Origin: Alphaproteobacteria bacterium
Lineage (GTDB): Bacteria > Pseudomonadota > Alphaproteobacteria > CAAHEQ01 > UBA3637
Assembly: GCA_017412085.1 (NCBI GenBank)
Contig: JAFPYS010000019.1
Location: forward strand, 17,869-81,868
Direction of reading: 5' to 3'
Length of the DNA: 64,000 nt
The position numbers and the translations under genes are program-made. Below, one piece after another: positions 40,489 to 50,530 of this stretch. The notes beneath the pieces are model-generated. The model made no database searches and was not told where the DNA came from. It saw only the letters and a program-made list of their open reading frames with translations. The first letter of the stretch is position 1. Each line of letters starts with the position of its first letter.

Positions 40489-43400
40489 TCTATCTCCTTT
40501 ATGTACAATGTTTGTGTCCACAAAATGTATGCTTTCACTATCCTATCAGGAAAAATTGTTTTTAGCAAGTCCTTATATGCGTTCAATTGCTTTTTATAGA
40601 TAAGGGGCACCTCATTAGGGACAAAACGATTGGTTTTGAAATCGACGATTTTTACTTCTGTTGGAGATATAATCAAGCGGTCAATTTGTCCAGAAATGGG
40701 TTGATTGTTTAAAACACCGATGATTGGCACCTCGGCCAACGAATTTATCCCAAACAAATCTTTAAAGGCGGGATTATCAAAAATATTAATCAAATTATCT
40801 GGCAAATCAATGTCCGGTGGACACATTTTTTTCGCATATTCTAATCGTTTGTCGGCGGGTATTGAAGGGAGGAATTGCAATAATTGGTGCAAAAATGTAC
40901 CGCGCCGCAGGGCTAAAGCCTGATTTGTTTGTGTGATTGAACCATCAAAATCCAATTCAATATCATCATCTGCACCCAACTTACTCGGTGATAGGGGCGA
41001 AACATTGGGTTGCTCTTGCGGGCAGTTTTGGGTTGCCCAAGAGGGTATTGAGTCAAAATCGTTTAAAATAGAACATTTGGTCTCTACATTAACTTTACGT
41101 TTTTGCTTTGATTCCCACGAGATAATACCACTTTTATTAGGTCCTATTTGTGGGGGTAAAGAGTTAATAATTAGGTCATACCAATTGTTCGTGCTTTTCT
41201 TTCCATAGCCTGTAATATATAAACGATCACGCGCGCGGGTTAAGGCAACGTAAAGCAAACGTCTTTTTTCTTGCTGATTTAAATGGTCTCGATTGGCAAA
41301 ATAACTGTCCAGGCAAGAGGGACGAAGGGCTGCATTCGGAATCCATAAAGGAAAATTGTCATCTATCCAAATAAATTCTCCACCTGTTGGAGTTTTTGTT
41401 CTGGAACTGCAAGTATCTGGCAAGAACACAATATTTCCTTGCAATCCTTTTGATCCATGAACAGTCATGACGCGAACTGCATTGCTGTTTGAATTATCAA
41501 GATCCCGTTTAATTTCAATTTCGTTTTGTGAAAACCATGTTAAGAAATTTTGTAAAGAGGGGGTATTCGTTTTTTCAAAATTAAGAGTTAATGATAGAAA
41601 TTCGTCCAGTGTTTCGTTTACCTCTTGCCCAAAACGAGCGACAAATTTCTTACGCAACCCAAACGCACCTAAAATGGTATCGTAAAACTCAAATGGAGGA
41701 GTTGTGTCCGCAAGGTTCATTATTTCCTTTAATTGAGATGCTGAGGAAGGATAAGCTTTTTGTAATTGGTGCCACAGGCTGGATTTGTTTCGGGTAAAAC
41801 ATATGTTAAATAAGTCATCTTCTTTTAAACCAAGAATAGGGCTTTTGATGATGTTTGCCAAATTAAGATCGTTTTGAGGTTGTAAAACGAATTCTGTTAA
41901 GGCAATTAAATCTTGAATGGCAAGGTGTTCGCTCAAAATCAATCGATCAACGCCAGCAATGGGAATTTGTCGTTCGCGCAAAGATCGGACAATTTCTGCC
42001 ATCATGGTGCCGCGTTTTTGAAGCAAAATCAGAATGTCTCCTGGTTCTATGAAACGATTTTTAGAAGGCAAAATTTCCTTGCCAATCATGGATTGAATTT
42101 TATCGGCGATTTTTCCGATTAGACGTTTCATGGCGGAATCATTTTCTTGACGTTCAATGGGTGGCTTCCATGGGGCAGGTGTATCCAATTTTTGGGGCTC
42201 TTCAACGGGCCATATTTCAACCAACCCAGCGTCATCGGAACGGTTCGCCAGGTGATATGCTTGTTCATCTTGAGTTAAAAGCCCATTTTTTGCTTCTTCA
42301 TTTTGAAGTAAATAATTCACCAGACGCAAGATGGGTTCGGTGGATCGGAAAGAATAATTAAGCGGAATATTGTTAAAGTTGTTATGAGAATCAGTAATGC
42401 GTTTTTCAAAAAAATCGTGCATTTTTCCAAAAGCAATGGGATCTGCACCTTGGAAGCTGAAAATGGATTGTTTTTTGTCTCCTACAACAAAAAGTGTCCT
42501 TAAGTTTTCTGAGGCATCTTCGCCAGAGAAAAACTCCTCTGTTAAGGCTTTAATTATATTCCATTGTTCTTGGTTCGTGTCTTGGGCTTCGTCAACCAAA
42601 ATATGGTCAATGCCACCATCTAATTTATATAAGACCCATGCTGACATAGTAGATTTGCACAGCAATTGATTTGTTTTGTCAATCAAATCATTATAATCTA
42701 AAAAGGCATTAAATTGTTTGAGCATTTGATATTTTTCAACAACCTTGAATGCAATGTCTAACAAGGTTTTAGTTGCTTTGGTTATCTTAAAAGCTTTTAA
42801 ACGCTCATTTGTCTCCCATGCTTTTTGTGCTTTGGGATCGTCTTTAAGTGCCTTTCTTATATGTTCGTCTTTGGTTAGGTATTTATCCTTTTGGAGTGGC
42901 CAGTCTTCTTCATTAAAAAATTCATTTATTATTTGTTTTTCATTAAGATATTTATCTATATTAAAGTATTTCTTTATATTATTTGTGACGGAATCTATGT
43001 GCCCAGGATAGCGATCCATAAGGCTTAAAAGTCGAGATGTTTCGTTTACAATCCTGCCCAGTAAATCCATCAAGGCATCAGATGAAATAAGATATGTCAA
43101 ATTTTGAAGTGAGGTGCGGATATTTTTGTCTGTGAGAACTTCCTTCAGGATTTGCTCTTTCATCGTGTAGGCCGCAAGATCATCAATAACTTCAAAATGG
43201 GGCGGAACATCGGCTTCCAAAGGAAATTGTTTTAATAAAGATTGGCAAAAACTATGAATGGTCATAATTTTCATTCCGCCCGGAGTTTCCAAGACGTTAG
43301 CAAATAAAGAACGGGCTTTCTGTATTATGTTATCTTGGGGTACTTCTTGGATTAAATCTTGGACTGCGTGAAATAACTCTTGGTCAGGACATGTAGCCCA

Positions 43401-43616
43401 TTCTTTTAAAATATTATTGATACGGTTTTCCATTTCCGCAGCAGCGGCTTTTGTGAAGGTTAAACAGAGCAATCTTTTGGGTTCTGTTACTTGTAATAAA
43501 AGCCTTAAAACACGATCGGTTAAAACCTTTGTTTTCCCTGTGCCAGCGGAGGCTGCGACCCATACGGAATCAAAGGGATTGCTTGCACTTATTTGTTCTT
43601 GATTGATAAGGCTCAT
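40485..43616 (-). CDS. addA: Double-strand break repair helicase-nuclease AddA
   Basis: UvrD-type Walker A AASAGTGKTKVLT. DEAQDT motif. C-terminal PD-(D/E)xK motif GQIDRL...VDFKT. Start at ATG 43616, preceded by GGAGGA. Confidence 0.85.
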   Translation of the reverse strand: MSLINQEQISASNPFDSVWVAASAGTGKTKVLTDRVLRLLLQVTEPKRLLCLTFTKAAAAEMENRINNILKEWATCPDQELFHAVQDLIQEVPQDNIIQKARSLFANVLETPGGMKIMTIHSFCQSLLKQFPLEADVPPHFEVIDDLAAYTMKEQILKEVLTDKNIRTSLQNLTYLISSDALMDLLGRIVNETSRLLSLMDRYPGHIDSVTNNIKKYFNIDKYLNEKQIINEFFNEEDWPLQKDKYLTKDEHIRKALKDDPKAQKAWETNERLKAFKITKATKTLLDIAFKVVEKYQMLKQFNAFLDYNDLIDKTNQLLCKSTMSAWVLYKLDGGIDHILVDEAQDTNQEQWNIIKALTEEFFSGEDASENLRTLFVVGDKKQSIFSFQGADPIAFGKMHDFFEKRITDSHNNFNNIPLNYSFRSTEPILRLVNYLLQNEEAKNGLLTQDEQAYHLANRSDDAGLVEIWPVEEPQKLDTPAPWKPPIERQENDSAMKRLIGKIADKIQSMIGKEILPSKNRFIEPGDILILLQKRGTMMAEIVRSLRERQIPIAGVDRLILSEHLAIQDLIALTEFVLQPQNDLNLANIIKSPILGLKEDDLFNICFTRNKSSLWHQLQKAYPSSASQLKEIMNLADTTPPFEFYDTILGAFGLRKKFVARFGQEVNETLDEFLSLTLNFEKTNTPSLQNFLTWFSQNEIEIKRDLDNSNSNAVRVMTVHGSKGLQGNIVFLPDTCSSRTKTPTGGEFIWIDDNFPLWIPNAALRPSCLDSYFANRDHLNQQEKRRLLYVALTRARDRLYITGYGKKSTNNWYDLIINSLPPQIGPNKSGIISWESKQKRKVNVETKCSILNDFDSIPSWATQNCPQEQPNVSPLSPSKLGADDDIELDFDGSITQTNQALALRRGTFLHQLLQFLPSIPADKRLEYAKKMCPPDIDLPDNLINIFDNPAFKDLFGINSLAEVPIIGVLNNQPISGQIDRLIISPTEVKIVDFKTNRFVPNEVPLIYKKQLNAYKDLLKTIFPDRIVKAYILWTQTLYIKEIE

Positions 43617-46297
43617 TCTTCCTCCTCGTTCGTTGTGGCCCATTCTTGTCGGCGGGCGAGATGAGCATAATCATCATAGGTTGGCGCTTGTGAGGGAATA
43701 GGGCACACTTCATACGGTGTCTTTTCGGATCTGAAAGCGCGTACCATATCAAATAAACCATTTTTGGATTTTTGAATTAAATCCTCAAGTTCGGAAGCAT
43801 TGTCCACAATTGTCTGTACTTCTGAGGCATCTTTTTTATTACTTAAATACCAATACGAAAGATTGCTGATAGGTTGTTGTTGTGTTTCACTCAACAAAAG
43901 AGCTTCCAATGAAAGTTGCGGTGAAAAACCAGCCATTACTTCTTTCTTTTTAGGTGGATGATAGGTTTTATAATCAATAATGCGCAATGTATTGTCTTTA
44001 AGGGTATCAATTCGATCTGCGGTTCCATAAAGCGTAAAGGAGATATCATCAATGTTAAATGTATGTGTGATTTTTTGTTCACAGGCACTTTCTTTGACAA
44101 GAGATAAATCAAAGTTTTGTTGTTGAATGATAAACTCGGCAATCGCTGTAAATTTCATATTTAATAATGTCTTATCAATCTCGGAAAGCTGGCTTTCGTT
44201 AATGATTTTTTGGGCTGTTCGAATTAATAAACCGCGGTCGGTTGATTTGGGATATTGAGTTATAAATGTTTGAATTATTTTGTGTACCAGTTCACCAAAT
44301 TCGGCGTTATTTGATTTATCTTCAAGCGGTCTCAAAGGATACAATTTTAACACGTAACGCGCATAAATTGCATACGGATTTCTGCGCCACATTTCAATTT
44401 GTGTCACGGGCAGAGAGTTGGGGCGTGCATCAACCGATGGACGGGGGGCAGGGCGGACAATTTTATCATAAACAAATGGGGTGTCCAAGAGCTCAGATAA
44501 ATGAGCTTTGTATTCTGGCAACTGTAGATGATTGATTTGAGCCACGGCTTTTAATCGTTCTATAAAACGAGAGGGGATTGTTTGTGTGCCATCAGTTTTA
44601 ATGGATCGTGTTAAGTAAACTTCTTTGCTGCAAAAATTATGCGCAAAATCCATGGATAATTCCGTTGTTTTTTCTTCTGGTGCAGGAATGCCAAGCTTCT
44701 TTCTCATAGGACGATTCAACCAGGGGCCTGTTTCGGGAATCGGCGGGAATATGCCTTCATTTAAGCCGGCAATAATACACATATCTGCATGATGAAAACG
44801 AGATTCAATTGGACCCAGGATATCCAACCTGGGATGCATCCCATAGCGAGGGCGAACTGATTGTTGCTGCATAAGTAATTTTAAGATTTCGGGGTAACTT
44901 TGTGACTCTATGGTACCTATCAAATTCGCCTGTTCTAAAAGATCAGAAAGGAATGTAAACATTTGTTTGCCGGCGTCATTTTGCCAAAGCCGTTCTGCGG
45001 CAGTTTTGTCGGCGCTTGTCGCTAATTTTTCAGCTAAATCAATATGTTGACGTAAAATATCTTGAAAAGAAATAAGCGTATTATTTTGAAATAATTTTAC
45101 CCAGGGTGTAAAATCTGTATTTAAATCAATTTGCCAAGATTTTCTTTGTTCTCGTAGCAATTTTTCTTGATTTTGAACTTTTTTGCGAAAATCTCCTGGA
45201 ATTTCTTTATCTGCAGACAAAGGATGCTTAAACAGGGCAAGATAATGTGTCGCATCCGGCATTATACCGACATCAGCAAGCAAACTGAAAAATAATCCGA
45301 TGGACGTGTGATTTAAAGGCGTTCCGGCGGAATCATCCAACAAGATGTTCCATCGTTTCATCTGAGCAATGACTTGTCGGGCTAATGTGCGATCTGTTGT
45401 GACAAGCGTGGCGGTTTTATCAGGTGTTTCCAATGCCTGACGTAACAGCAAGGCAATAGTTAAAGCCTCGTCGCTTGGTGTTGCGGCGTTAATTAAGCGT
45501 ATATTTTCAAATGTGTTTGCGGGAAAATCTTGTGAAACCCAGCTGTCTTTAGTAAGAGCATCAAGCACAGCTTTTTCTTGAGGATAAACAGTTGTTTTAT
45601 AGGCAGCTGTGTTTCTTTTATCATTTGGGAATGTTTCTTCAAAAATAACATTATCTTTATTTTGTGAAACGGTTTCAATCAGTTCGTTAATGGCGGGAAA
45701 GGTCTGTGTAAATCCAGCCATAAAGATAGGTTGTTTTATGGTTGATATTTTTTGTGTAAAGGATCGGATTAAGCGGATAGATCTGTCCATAGGATCAATT
45801 TGTTTCCGTTCCCTTAATATTTTGGGCCATTGTGAGTGTAATATGTCTAAAAATTGGACTGTTTCTTGCCAATGAGAGGCATATTTTTCCATTTGCACTA
45901 GATCGGCCAAATGGGTTAAATCCAAATCAAATTGATATGTCGCGTCCAGCAGTTCCTTTAAACTGATGGCCATTTTTAATGCTTGATCATGGGTGTGAAT
46001 ATTGGGCTTTGCTTGACACAGCTTTGCCAATAAAAGCAAACGTTCCGTATCAGATATCGCGGCGGGGATATTTTCATCAATAATGTTAAGCTCGTAAATA
46101 GGGGTCATTTGTGGCAAAAGAATGGCTTCCCCCGTTTTTTTGTTTAAGAAAGCATTTTTAACAGATAAACAAGCTCTTTTAGTTGGCAAAATTAAGTGTA
46201 CTTGTGCAAGCTCAAAAGGATTATTTTGATAACGTCGCAACAACTCATCCGCCACTATATCAGCTAAATCAGCAGAAAATGGAACCTGGTAAATCAT
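43613..46297 (-). CDS. addB: Double-strand break repair protein AddB (alphaproteobacterial type)
   Basis: 894 aa. Sits upstream of and overlapping addA. C-terminal nuclease motif GTADRID...IIDYKT. Confidence 0.8.
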   Translation of the reverse strand: MIYQVPFSADLADIVADELLRRYQNNPFELAQVHLILPTKRACLSVKNAFLNKKTGEAILLPQMTPIYELNIIDENIPAAISDTERLLLLAKLCQAKPNIHTHDQALKMAISLKELLDATYQFDLDLTHLADLVQMEKYASHWQETVQFLDILHSQWPKILRERKQIDPMDRSIRLIRSFTQKISTIKQPIFMAGFTQTFPAINELIETVSQNKDNVIFEETFPNDKRNTAAYKTTVYPQEKAVLDALTKDSWVSQDFPANTFENIRLINAATPSDEALTIALLLRQALETPDKTATLVTTDRTLARQVIAQMKRWNILLDDSAGTPLNHTSIGLFFSLLADVGIMPDATHYLALFKHPLSADKEIPGDFRKKVQNQEKLLREQRKSWQIDLNTDFTPWVKLFQNNTLISFQDILRQHIDLAEKLATSADKTAAERLWQNDAGKQMFTFLSDLLEQANLIGTIESQSYPEILKLLMQQQSVRPRYGMHPRLDILGPIESRFHHADMCIIAGLNEGIFPPIPETGPWLNRPMRKKLGIPAPEEKTTELSMDFAHNFCSKEVYLTRSIKTDGTQTIPSRFIERLKAVAQINHLQLPEYKAHLSELLDTPFVYDKIVRPAPRPSVDARPNSLPVTQIEMWRRNPYAIYARYVLKLYPLRPLEDKSNNAEFGELVHKIIQTFITQYPKSTDRGLLIRTAQKIINESQLSEIDKTLLNMKFTAIAEFIIQQQNFDLSLVKESACEQKITHTFNIDDISFTLYGTADRIDTLKDNTLRIIDYKTYHPPKKKEVMAGFSPQLSLEALLLSETQQQPISNLSYWYLSNKKDASEVQTIVDNASELEDLIQKSKNGLFDMVRAFRSEKTPYEVCPIPSQAPTYDDYAHLARRQEWATTNEEEE

Positions 46298-46303
46298 GTG
46301 TAG

Positions 46304-47266
46304 TTATCCTTTAAGCTGTTTGGGTAGGTATTTCTTTAACCAGCGTTGATAATCCTTCAAAAGAGGATTTTTAATGTTTTCTTTTATAAATGCCCAATCA
46401 TTTTTGACATATTTTAGATAATCTGGTTTGTTATATTCAACAGCAAGAAGAGCAAAGCGACCAATAACACGTGTATGCCTGTGTGCGGCAACAACGTCAA
46501 TCCAAGAAGCATACTTGTCTGTTGCCAAAACTGGGCGTAAAGTTAAATAATGTTTTAAAAATAATTTTCTTTGACGTAGTGGTAACGGATGACGTTCATC
46601 TTCTATCAGTGAAATTAAATCATAGAAAATGGGCCCACGCATTGCATCTTGGAAATCTAATATTCCCAAGGTGTTATTGGCTTTTAACATAATATTATCT
46701 GAGTGATAATCATACAGCATAAGGGTTTGTGGCAATTTTTGTATGCCTTGAAATAGCTTGTTCCAAATGTCTTTGAATTCCTTTTTGGCTTGTGCTGGTA
46801 ACTTAATTTTAAGGACATGGGAAACATAATAGTCAATAAAAAAGTTGTTCTCGGATATCATGAAATCCGTGGAGGGGGGTAATTTTTTAAGCTCTTGTTT
46901 CGTAATCTCTTTTTGTAGCTTAATTAATGTATCCAATGCAAGTACGTATAGGTCATCAGCCTGTTTTTTGTGCTTAACCGCTTGAGACATTAATGTAGAA
47001 CCAAAGTCTTCCAATAACAAGAAACCATGTCGAAGATCTGTAGCGTATATTTTGGGCGCAGAGAGGGCGTGATGGCGCAACATTTTGTTAATCGCTACAA
47101 ATTCTCGTGGTTTTTCGGACAAGGGAGAATCCATCAAAATGAATGGTTTTCCTTTTTTAAAGACACGAGCGTAACGTCGTGTGGAAGCATCGGAGGATAG
47201 CCAGGTTACATTATCCAGATGGTGTTTTTTTATAAAATGCTTTAAGTAATAATCCCGTGTTTTCAT
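46304..47266 (-). CDS. Aminoglycoside-phosphotransferase-fold kinase, AmgK-like (anomeric MurNAc/GlcNAc kinase)
   Basis: APH-fold strings: Brenner-like YDYHSDNIM and ILDFQDA. Conserved alphaproteobacterial position between tsaE and addB. ATG at 47266 overlaps the tsaE stop (TAATG). Confidence 0.6.
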   Translation of the reverse strand: MKTRDYYLKHFIKKHHLDNVTWLSSDASTRRYARVFKKGKPFILMDSPLSEKPREFVAINKMLRHHALSAPKIYATDLRHGFLLLEDFGSTLMSQAVKHKKQADDLYVLALDTLIKLQKEITKQELKKLPPSTDFMISENNFFIDYYVSHVLKIKLPAQAKKEFKDIWNKLFQGIQKLPQTLMLYDYHSDNIMLKANNTLGILDFQDAMRGPIFYDLISLIEDERHPLPLRQRKLFLKHYLTLRPVLATDKYASWIDVVAAHRHTRVIGRFALLAVEYNKPDYLKYVKNDWAFIKENIKNPLLKDYQRWLKKYLPKQLKG

Positions 47267-47682
47267 TAAAAATTCTCCGTCCAAATATGTCTGGTTCCAT
47301 CTTTTAAAATCTCAAAAGAAATGGCTTTATGTTGTTTGGGTAACAGAGAGCCGATTTTTTCGGGCCATTCAATAACGGATACGCCCTCTGTAAATGCTTC
47401 TTCAATCCCAATCTCATAGGCTTCCTCTGGAGACTTTAGCCGATAGAAATCAAAATGATATAAGGTAAATTTAGGGGTGTCATACGTTTGAAGAATGGTA
47501 AAAGTTGGGCTTGGTACATCCGCTTCAGTATGGGTCAAGTTTCTTACCAGCGCACGAACAAAAGTTGTTTTCCCAACACCTAACGTGCCATTTAAGGCTA
47601 CAACATCCCCAACAGATAAAAGAGGGGCTATCGTATCAGCAATAGCGTCTAAATCACGTTCTGTGGAGACGACCCATTCCAT
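47266..47682 (-). CDS. tsaE: tRNA t6A biosynthesis ATPase TsaE
   Basis: 138 aa. P-loop GTLGVGKTTFVRAL, SPTFT, HFDFYRL. Confidence 0.85.
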   Translation of the reverse strand: MEWVVSTERDLDAIADTIAPLLSVGDVVALNGTLGVGKTTFVRALVRNLTHTEADVPSPTFTILQTYDTPKFTLYHFDFYRLKSPEEAYEIGIEEAFTEGVSVIEWPEKIGSLLPKQHKAISFEILKDGTRHIWTENF

Positions 47683-47685
47683 ATG

Positions 47686-48006
47686 CTACCTTATTCTAGA
47701 GGTTAATCCATTTACTTTGTCTGTCACGGCAGAAGGTGGAAAATTGATGGGGTGATCCGGATTATACGTGTTCCATATTTTTGTACCACCAAACAAAATA
47801 AGAACCGTAATAATAACAACAAATAGTATTTTAAGGAAGAATCCCCCAATATTTGCCAAAATTTGAAGCAGAATATAGCAAATGATTGCAGCAGCAAGGC
47901 AGGCCCCAATAGTGTTTAAAGCGGCATTCCATGGACCAAAATAAAGACCACGATAAATAACCATCGCTACGCCAGCGATCAAACCAATGAGTAATGTAAA
48001 AATCAT
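47686..48006 (-). CDS. Small integral membrane protein (unknown function)
   Basis: 106 aa, three hydrophobic helices. Its ATG overlaps the secB stop (ATGA). Confidence 0.5.
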   Translation of the reverse strand: MIFTLLIGLIAGVAMVIYRGLYFGPWNAALNTIGACLAAAIICYILLQILANIGGFFLKILFVVIITVLILFGGTKIWNTYNPDHPINFPPSAVTDKVNGLTSRIR

Positions 48007-48485
48007 TTTTTCTCTCCTTTTTCTTGATGTTTTTGTGCTAATCTTGCACGATATAATGCCGCAAAATCGATGGGGTTAATTTGAAGCGGTGGAAATCCCG
48101 CTTCACGAATTAAGTTACCAATTATTGCACGAGCATATGGGAAAAGTAGGTGTGGAATTTCAATTAACAACAATGGTTCGATATGGGATTCTGGAGCCTG
48201 TAAGGTAGCTAAACCACCATATAAAAGGTCGCATAAAAATAAGGACTTATGATCTTCTTTCTTGTCCGCCTGAACCTTAATGTGTAAATCAACTGTAAAA
48301 TGATCTTTGTCATCCAGCTTGGATGCATTTACATCAACGCTAATTTGAACCTCCGGCGGTTGTGACAAAGATAACATGGAATTTGGCATGCCCGGTGCTT
48401 CAAAAGATAAATCCTTAATATACTGGGTATTTATTTGCAATGTTAATGGTTGTTCTTCTGGTTGTTTTTTTGTGTTTTCTGTCAT
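48003..48485 (-). CDS. secB: Protein-export chaperone SecB
   Basis: 160 aa. Carries QYIKDLSFEAP and LLFPYAR. Confidence 0.9.
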   Translation of the reverse strand: MTENTKKQPEEQPLTLQINTQYIKDLSFEAPGMPNSMLSLSQPPEVQISVDVNASKLDDKDHFTVDLHIKVQADKKEDHKSLFLCDLLYGGLATLQAPESHIEPLLLIEIPHLLFPYARAIIGNLIREAGFPPLQINPIDFAALYRARLAQKHQEKGEKK

Positions 48486-48574
48486 ATATTAAAATCCTCT
48501 TGCAAAAAGTTTTAAAATTTGTTTAACTATAATTGTTATTTTAAACAAGAAAAAAAGAAATGTAAAGGCAAAAA

Positions 48575-49144
48575 ATGATTTTTAGCAATATTCTTTTAAG
48601 CATTGTTATTGTTTTTTTTCTGCTCCAATTTATTTTTGCTGTTCGCGAGCGGGGGATGAAGCAACACAAGTTGCGTTTAATTTCTAAAAAAACGGGAGAG
48701 GTTATTGAATTAGATGCGGCTTCTTTTTCTGATTTTATTAATAAAGAAATTGAGGCAGATTTTTCAAATACGGCGAAAATTATTTTTGTGCGTGTGTCAG
48801 AAGCTTTTGCTAAGGGGCGGTTGTCGGATATTAAAAATTATTTGAATGAAAAGGTATTGCCTGTTTTTGAAAAGGCTATTCTTAGTCGTGAAAATTTACA
48901 TCAAAAAGCAGAATTTACATTAATTGGTTTTAAGGATGTAAAAGTTTTAGAAGATACGCCAGACAAAAAGATTGTTTCTTTTACAACAGAACAAATTAAC
49001 CTATTAAAGGATGAAAAGGACAATATTATTGAGGGAGATCCTTTGTATGTTGCCACCGTAACCGAAAATTGGACATTTACTCATAAGAAAGAAAACACGT
49101 GGGTCGTGTCCGGTATTGAAAATAAGGAGGCTCATTTTGCGTAG
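48575..49144 (+). CDS. Tim44-like domain protein
   Basis: 189 aa. N-terminal TM plus a C-terminal Tim44-like alpha+beta domain (WTFTHKKENTWVVSGI). Conserved alphaproteobacterial position, divergent from secB and upstream of mltA. Confidence 0.7.
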   Translation: MIFSNILLSIVIVFFLLQFIFAVRERGMKQHKLRLISKKTGEVIELDAASFSDFINKEIEADFSNTAKIIFVRVSEAFAKGRLSDIKNYLNEKVLPVFEKAILSRENLHQKAEFTLIGFKDVKVLEDTPDKKIVSFTTEQINLLKDEKDNIIEGDPLYVATVTENWTFTHKKENTWVVSGIENKEAHFA

Positions 49145-50150
49145 ACTCCTTGTTATTGGTTTATTGTCGTTTTTAACCGCATGTTCTGGATCGCATTATT
49201 TGTCTAAGGGACGTAGTTTTCAATTGACGCCCACAACTTTTTCCAGTTTAAAGGGATGGAAGCAAGATAATCTGGTGGCGGCATTACCTGCTATTAAAAA
49301 AAGCTGCGCGACGAATCCAAAGGGATATGAAGAGTTTTGTAGAGGAGTAGGATCAGTACATTCTGAATCGGATTTAAGGAGCTTAATTGAGGGAACGTTA
49401 CAACTTTATAAAGTGACAAGTCGTGGCAGTGCAACAGGTAAAATTACAGGGTATTATGAGGCAGAATTAACTGGAACGCGTCACCATGAAAATGGAGCAC
49501 AGATGCCGATTTATGGAGCGCCGTCGGGTTATCAACAAGGTAAGACTTATGCCACGCGAAAGTCCATTGAAGAAAATGGGATCAATGCACCGATTGTGGC
49601 TTGGGCAGACAATCCTGTTGACTTATTTATTATGCACGTCCAGGGCTCTGGTCGCATGGTGACACCGGAAGGAGAGATTATACAGCTTGGTTATGCTGGA
49701 AATAATGGGCGAACATTTAAGGGATTGGGGGCGATTTTAAAAGAAGCCGGAGTTGATCCAAGTATTGCAAATTCAATGCCGCGTATTCGGGAGTGGTGCA
49801 CAGATCACCCCAACGAGGCATTGAAATTAATGCGTAAAAATGATCGTTATATTTTCTTTAAAGAGTTGGCGGGGGAGGGACCAATTGGCTCGGCTGGAGT
49901 TGCTCTAACACCAGCACGTTCGTTGGCGGTGGATACAACATATATTCCAATGCATACGCCAATGTGGCTTGAGACAACAAATCCCAATGGTGGTGCAATT
50001 AATCAGTTAATGATGGCGCAAGATACAGGTGCCGCAATTAAAGGGGGTATTCGTGCCGACTTTTTCTGGGGGTATGGAGCGGCCGCATTTCAAACCGCTG
50101 GGCACATGAATCAACAGGGAAGTTATTATTTGTTATTGCCAAAGAAATGA
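49137..50150 (+). CDS. mltA: Membrane-bound lytic murein transglycosylase A
   Basis: MltA and 3D domains (HVQGSGR, RFDFFWG-like ADFFWGYG). Probable TTG start at 49137, 6 nt after AAGGAGG, giving the lipoprotein signal MRRLLVIGLLSFLTAC. Confidence 0.85.
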   Translation: MRRLLVIGLLSFLTACSGSHYLSKGRSFQLTPTTFSSLKGWKQDNLVAALPAIKKSCATNPKGYEEFCRGVGSVHSESDLRSLIEGTLQLYKVTSRGSATGKITGYYEAELTGTRHHENGAQMPIYGAPSGYQQGKTYATRKSIEENGINAPIVAWADNPVDLFIMHVQGSGRMVTPEGEIIQLGYAGNNGRTFKGLGAILKEAGVDPSIANSMPRIREWCTDHPNEALKLMRKNDRYIFFKELAGEGPIGSAGVALTPARSLAVDTTYIPMHTPMWLETTNPNGGAINQLMMAQDTGAAIKGGIRADFFWGYGAAAFQTAGHMNQQGSYYLLLPKK

Positions 50151-50530
50151 TAAAAACAGAAGATGCTAATTTATGGGAAGATTTAAAAAAATCTGTTCAG
50201 CCATTTGATTCTGATCGGAAACAGGAAGATTTGCCACCACGTTTACGTGTTCATCGGGCGCCAATCAAACCACTTGCGTATTGTTTGGATTTACATCGGA
50301 TGACAGTAGAAGAAGCATACCAAAAAACGGTGCAATTCATTGAAAAACATTATAAAATTGGCAGTAAGAAAATCCAAATTATTACCGGCAAGGGGCGCGA
50401 AGGTCAGGGGCTAATTCATTTGGAGTTTGCAAATTGGCTTGACACAAATCGTTTGCGGCAGTATATTCGTGAGGCAAAGTGGACGAACGATGAAGGAGCA
50501 ATGAATATATGGCTCAAAAAAAACAAGTAA
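50147..50530 (+). CDS. Smr domain protein
   Basis: 127 aa. Carries LDLHRMTVEEA and IITGKG. ATGA overlap with mltA. Confidence 0.75.
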   Translation: MIKTEDANLWEDLKKSVQPFDSDRKQEDLPPRLRVHRAPIKPLAYCLDLHRMTVEEAYQKTVQFIEKHYKIGSKKIQIITGKGREGQGLIHLEFANWLDTNRLRQYIREAKWTNDEGAMNIWLKKNK

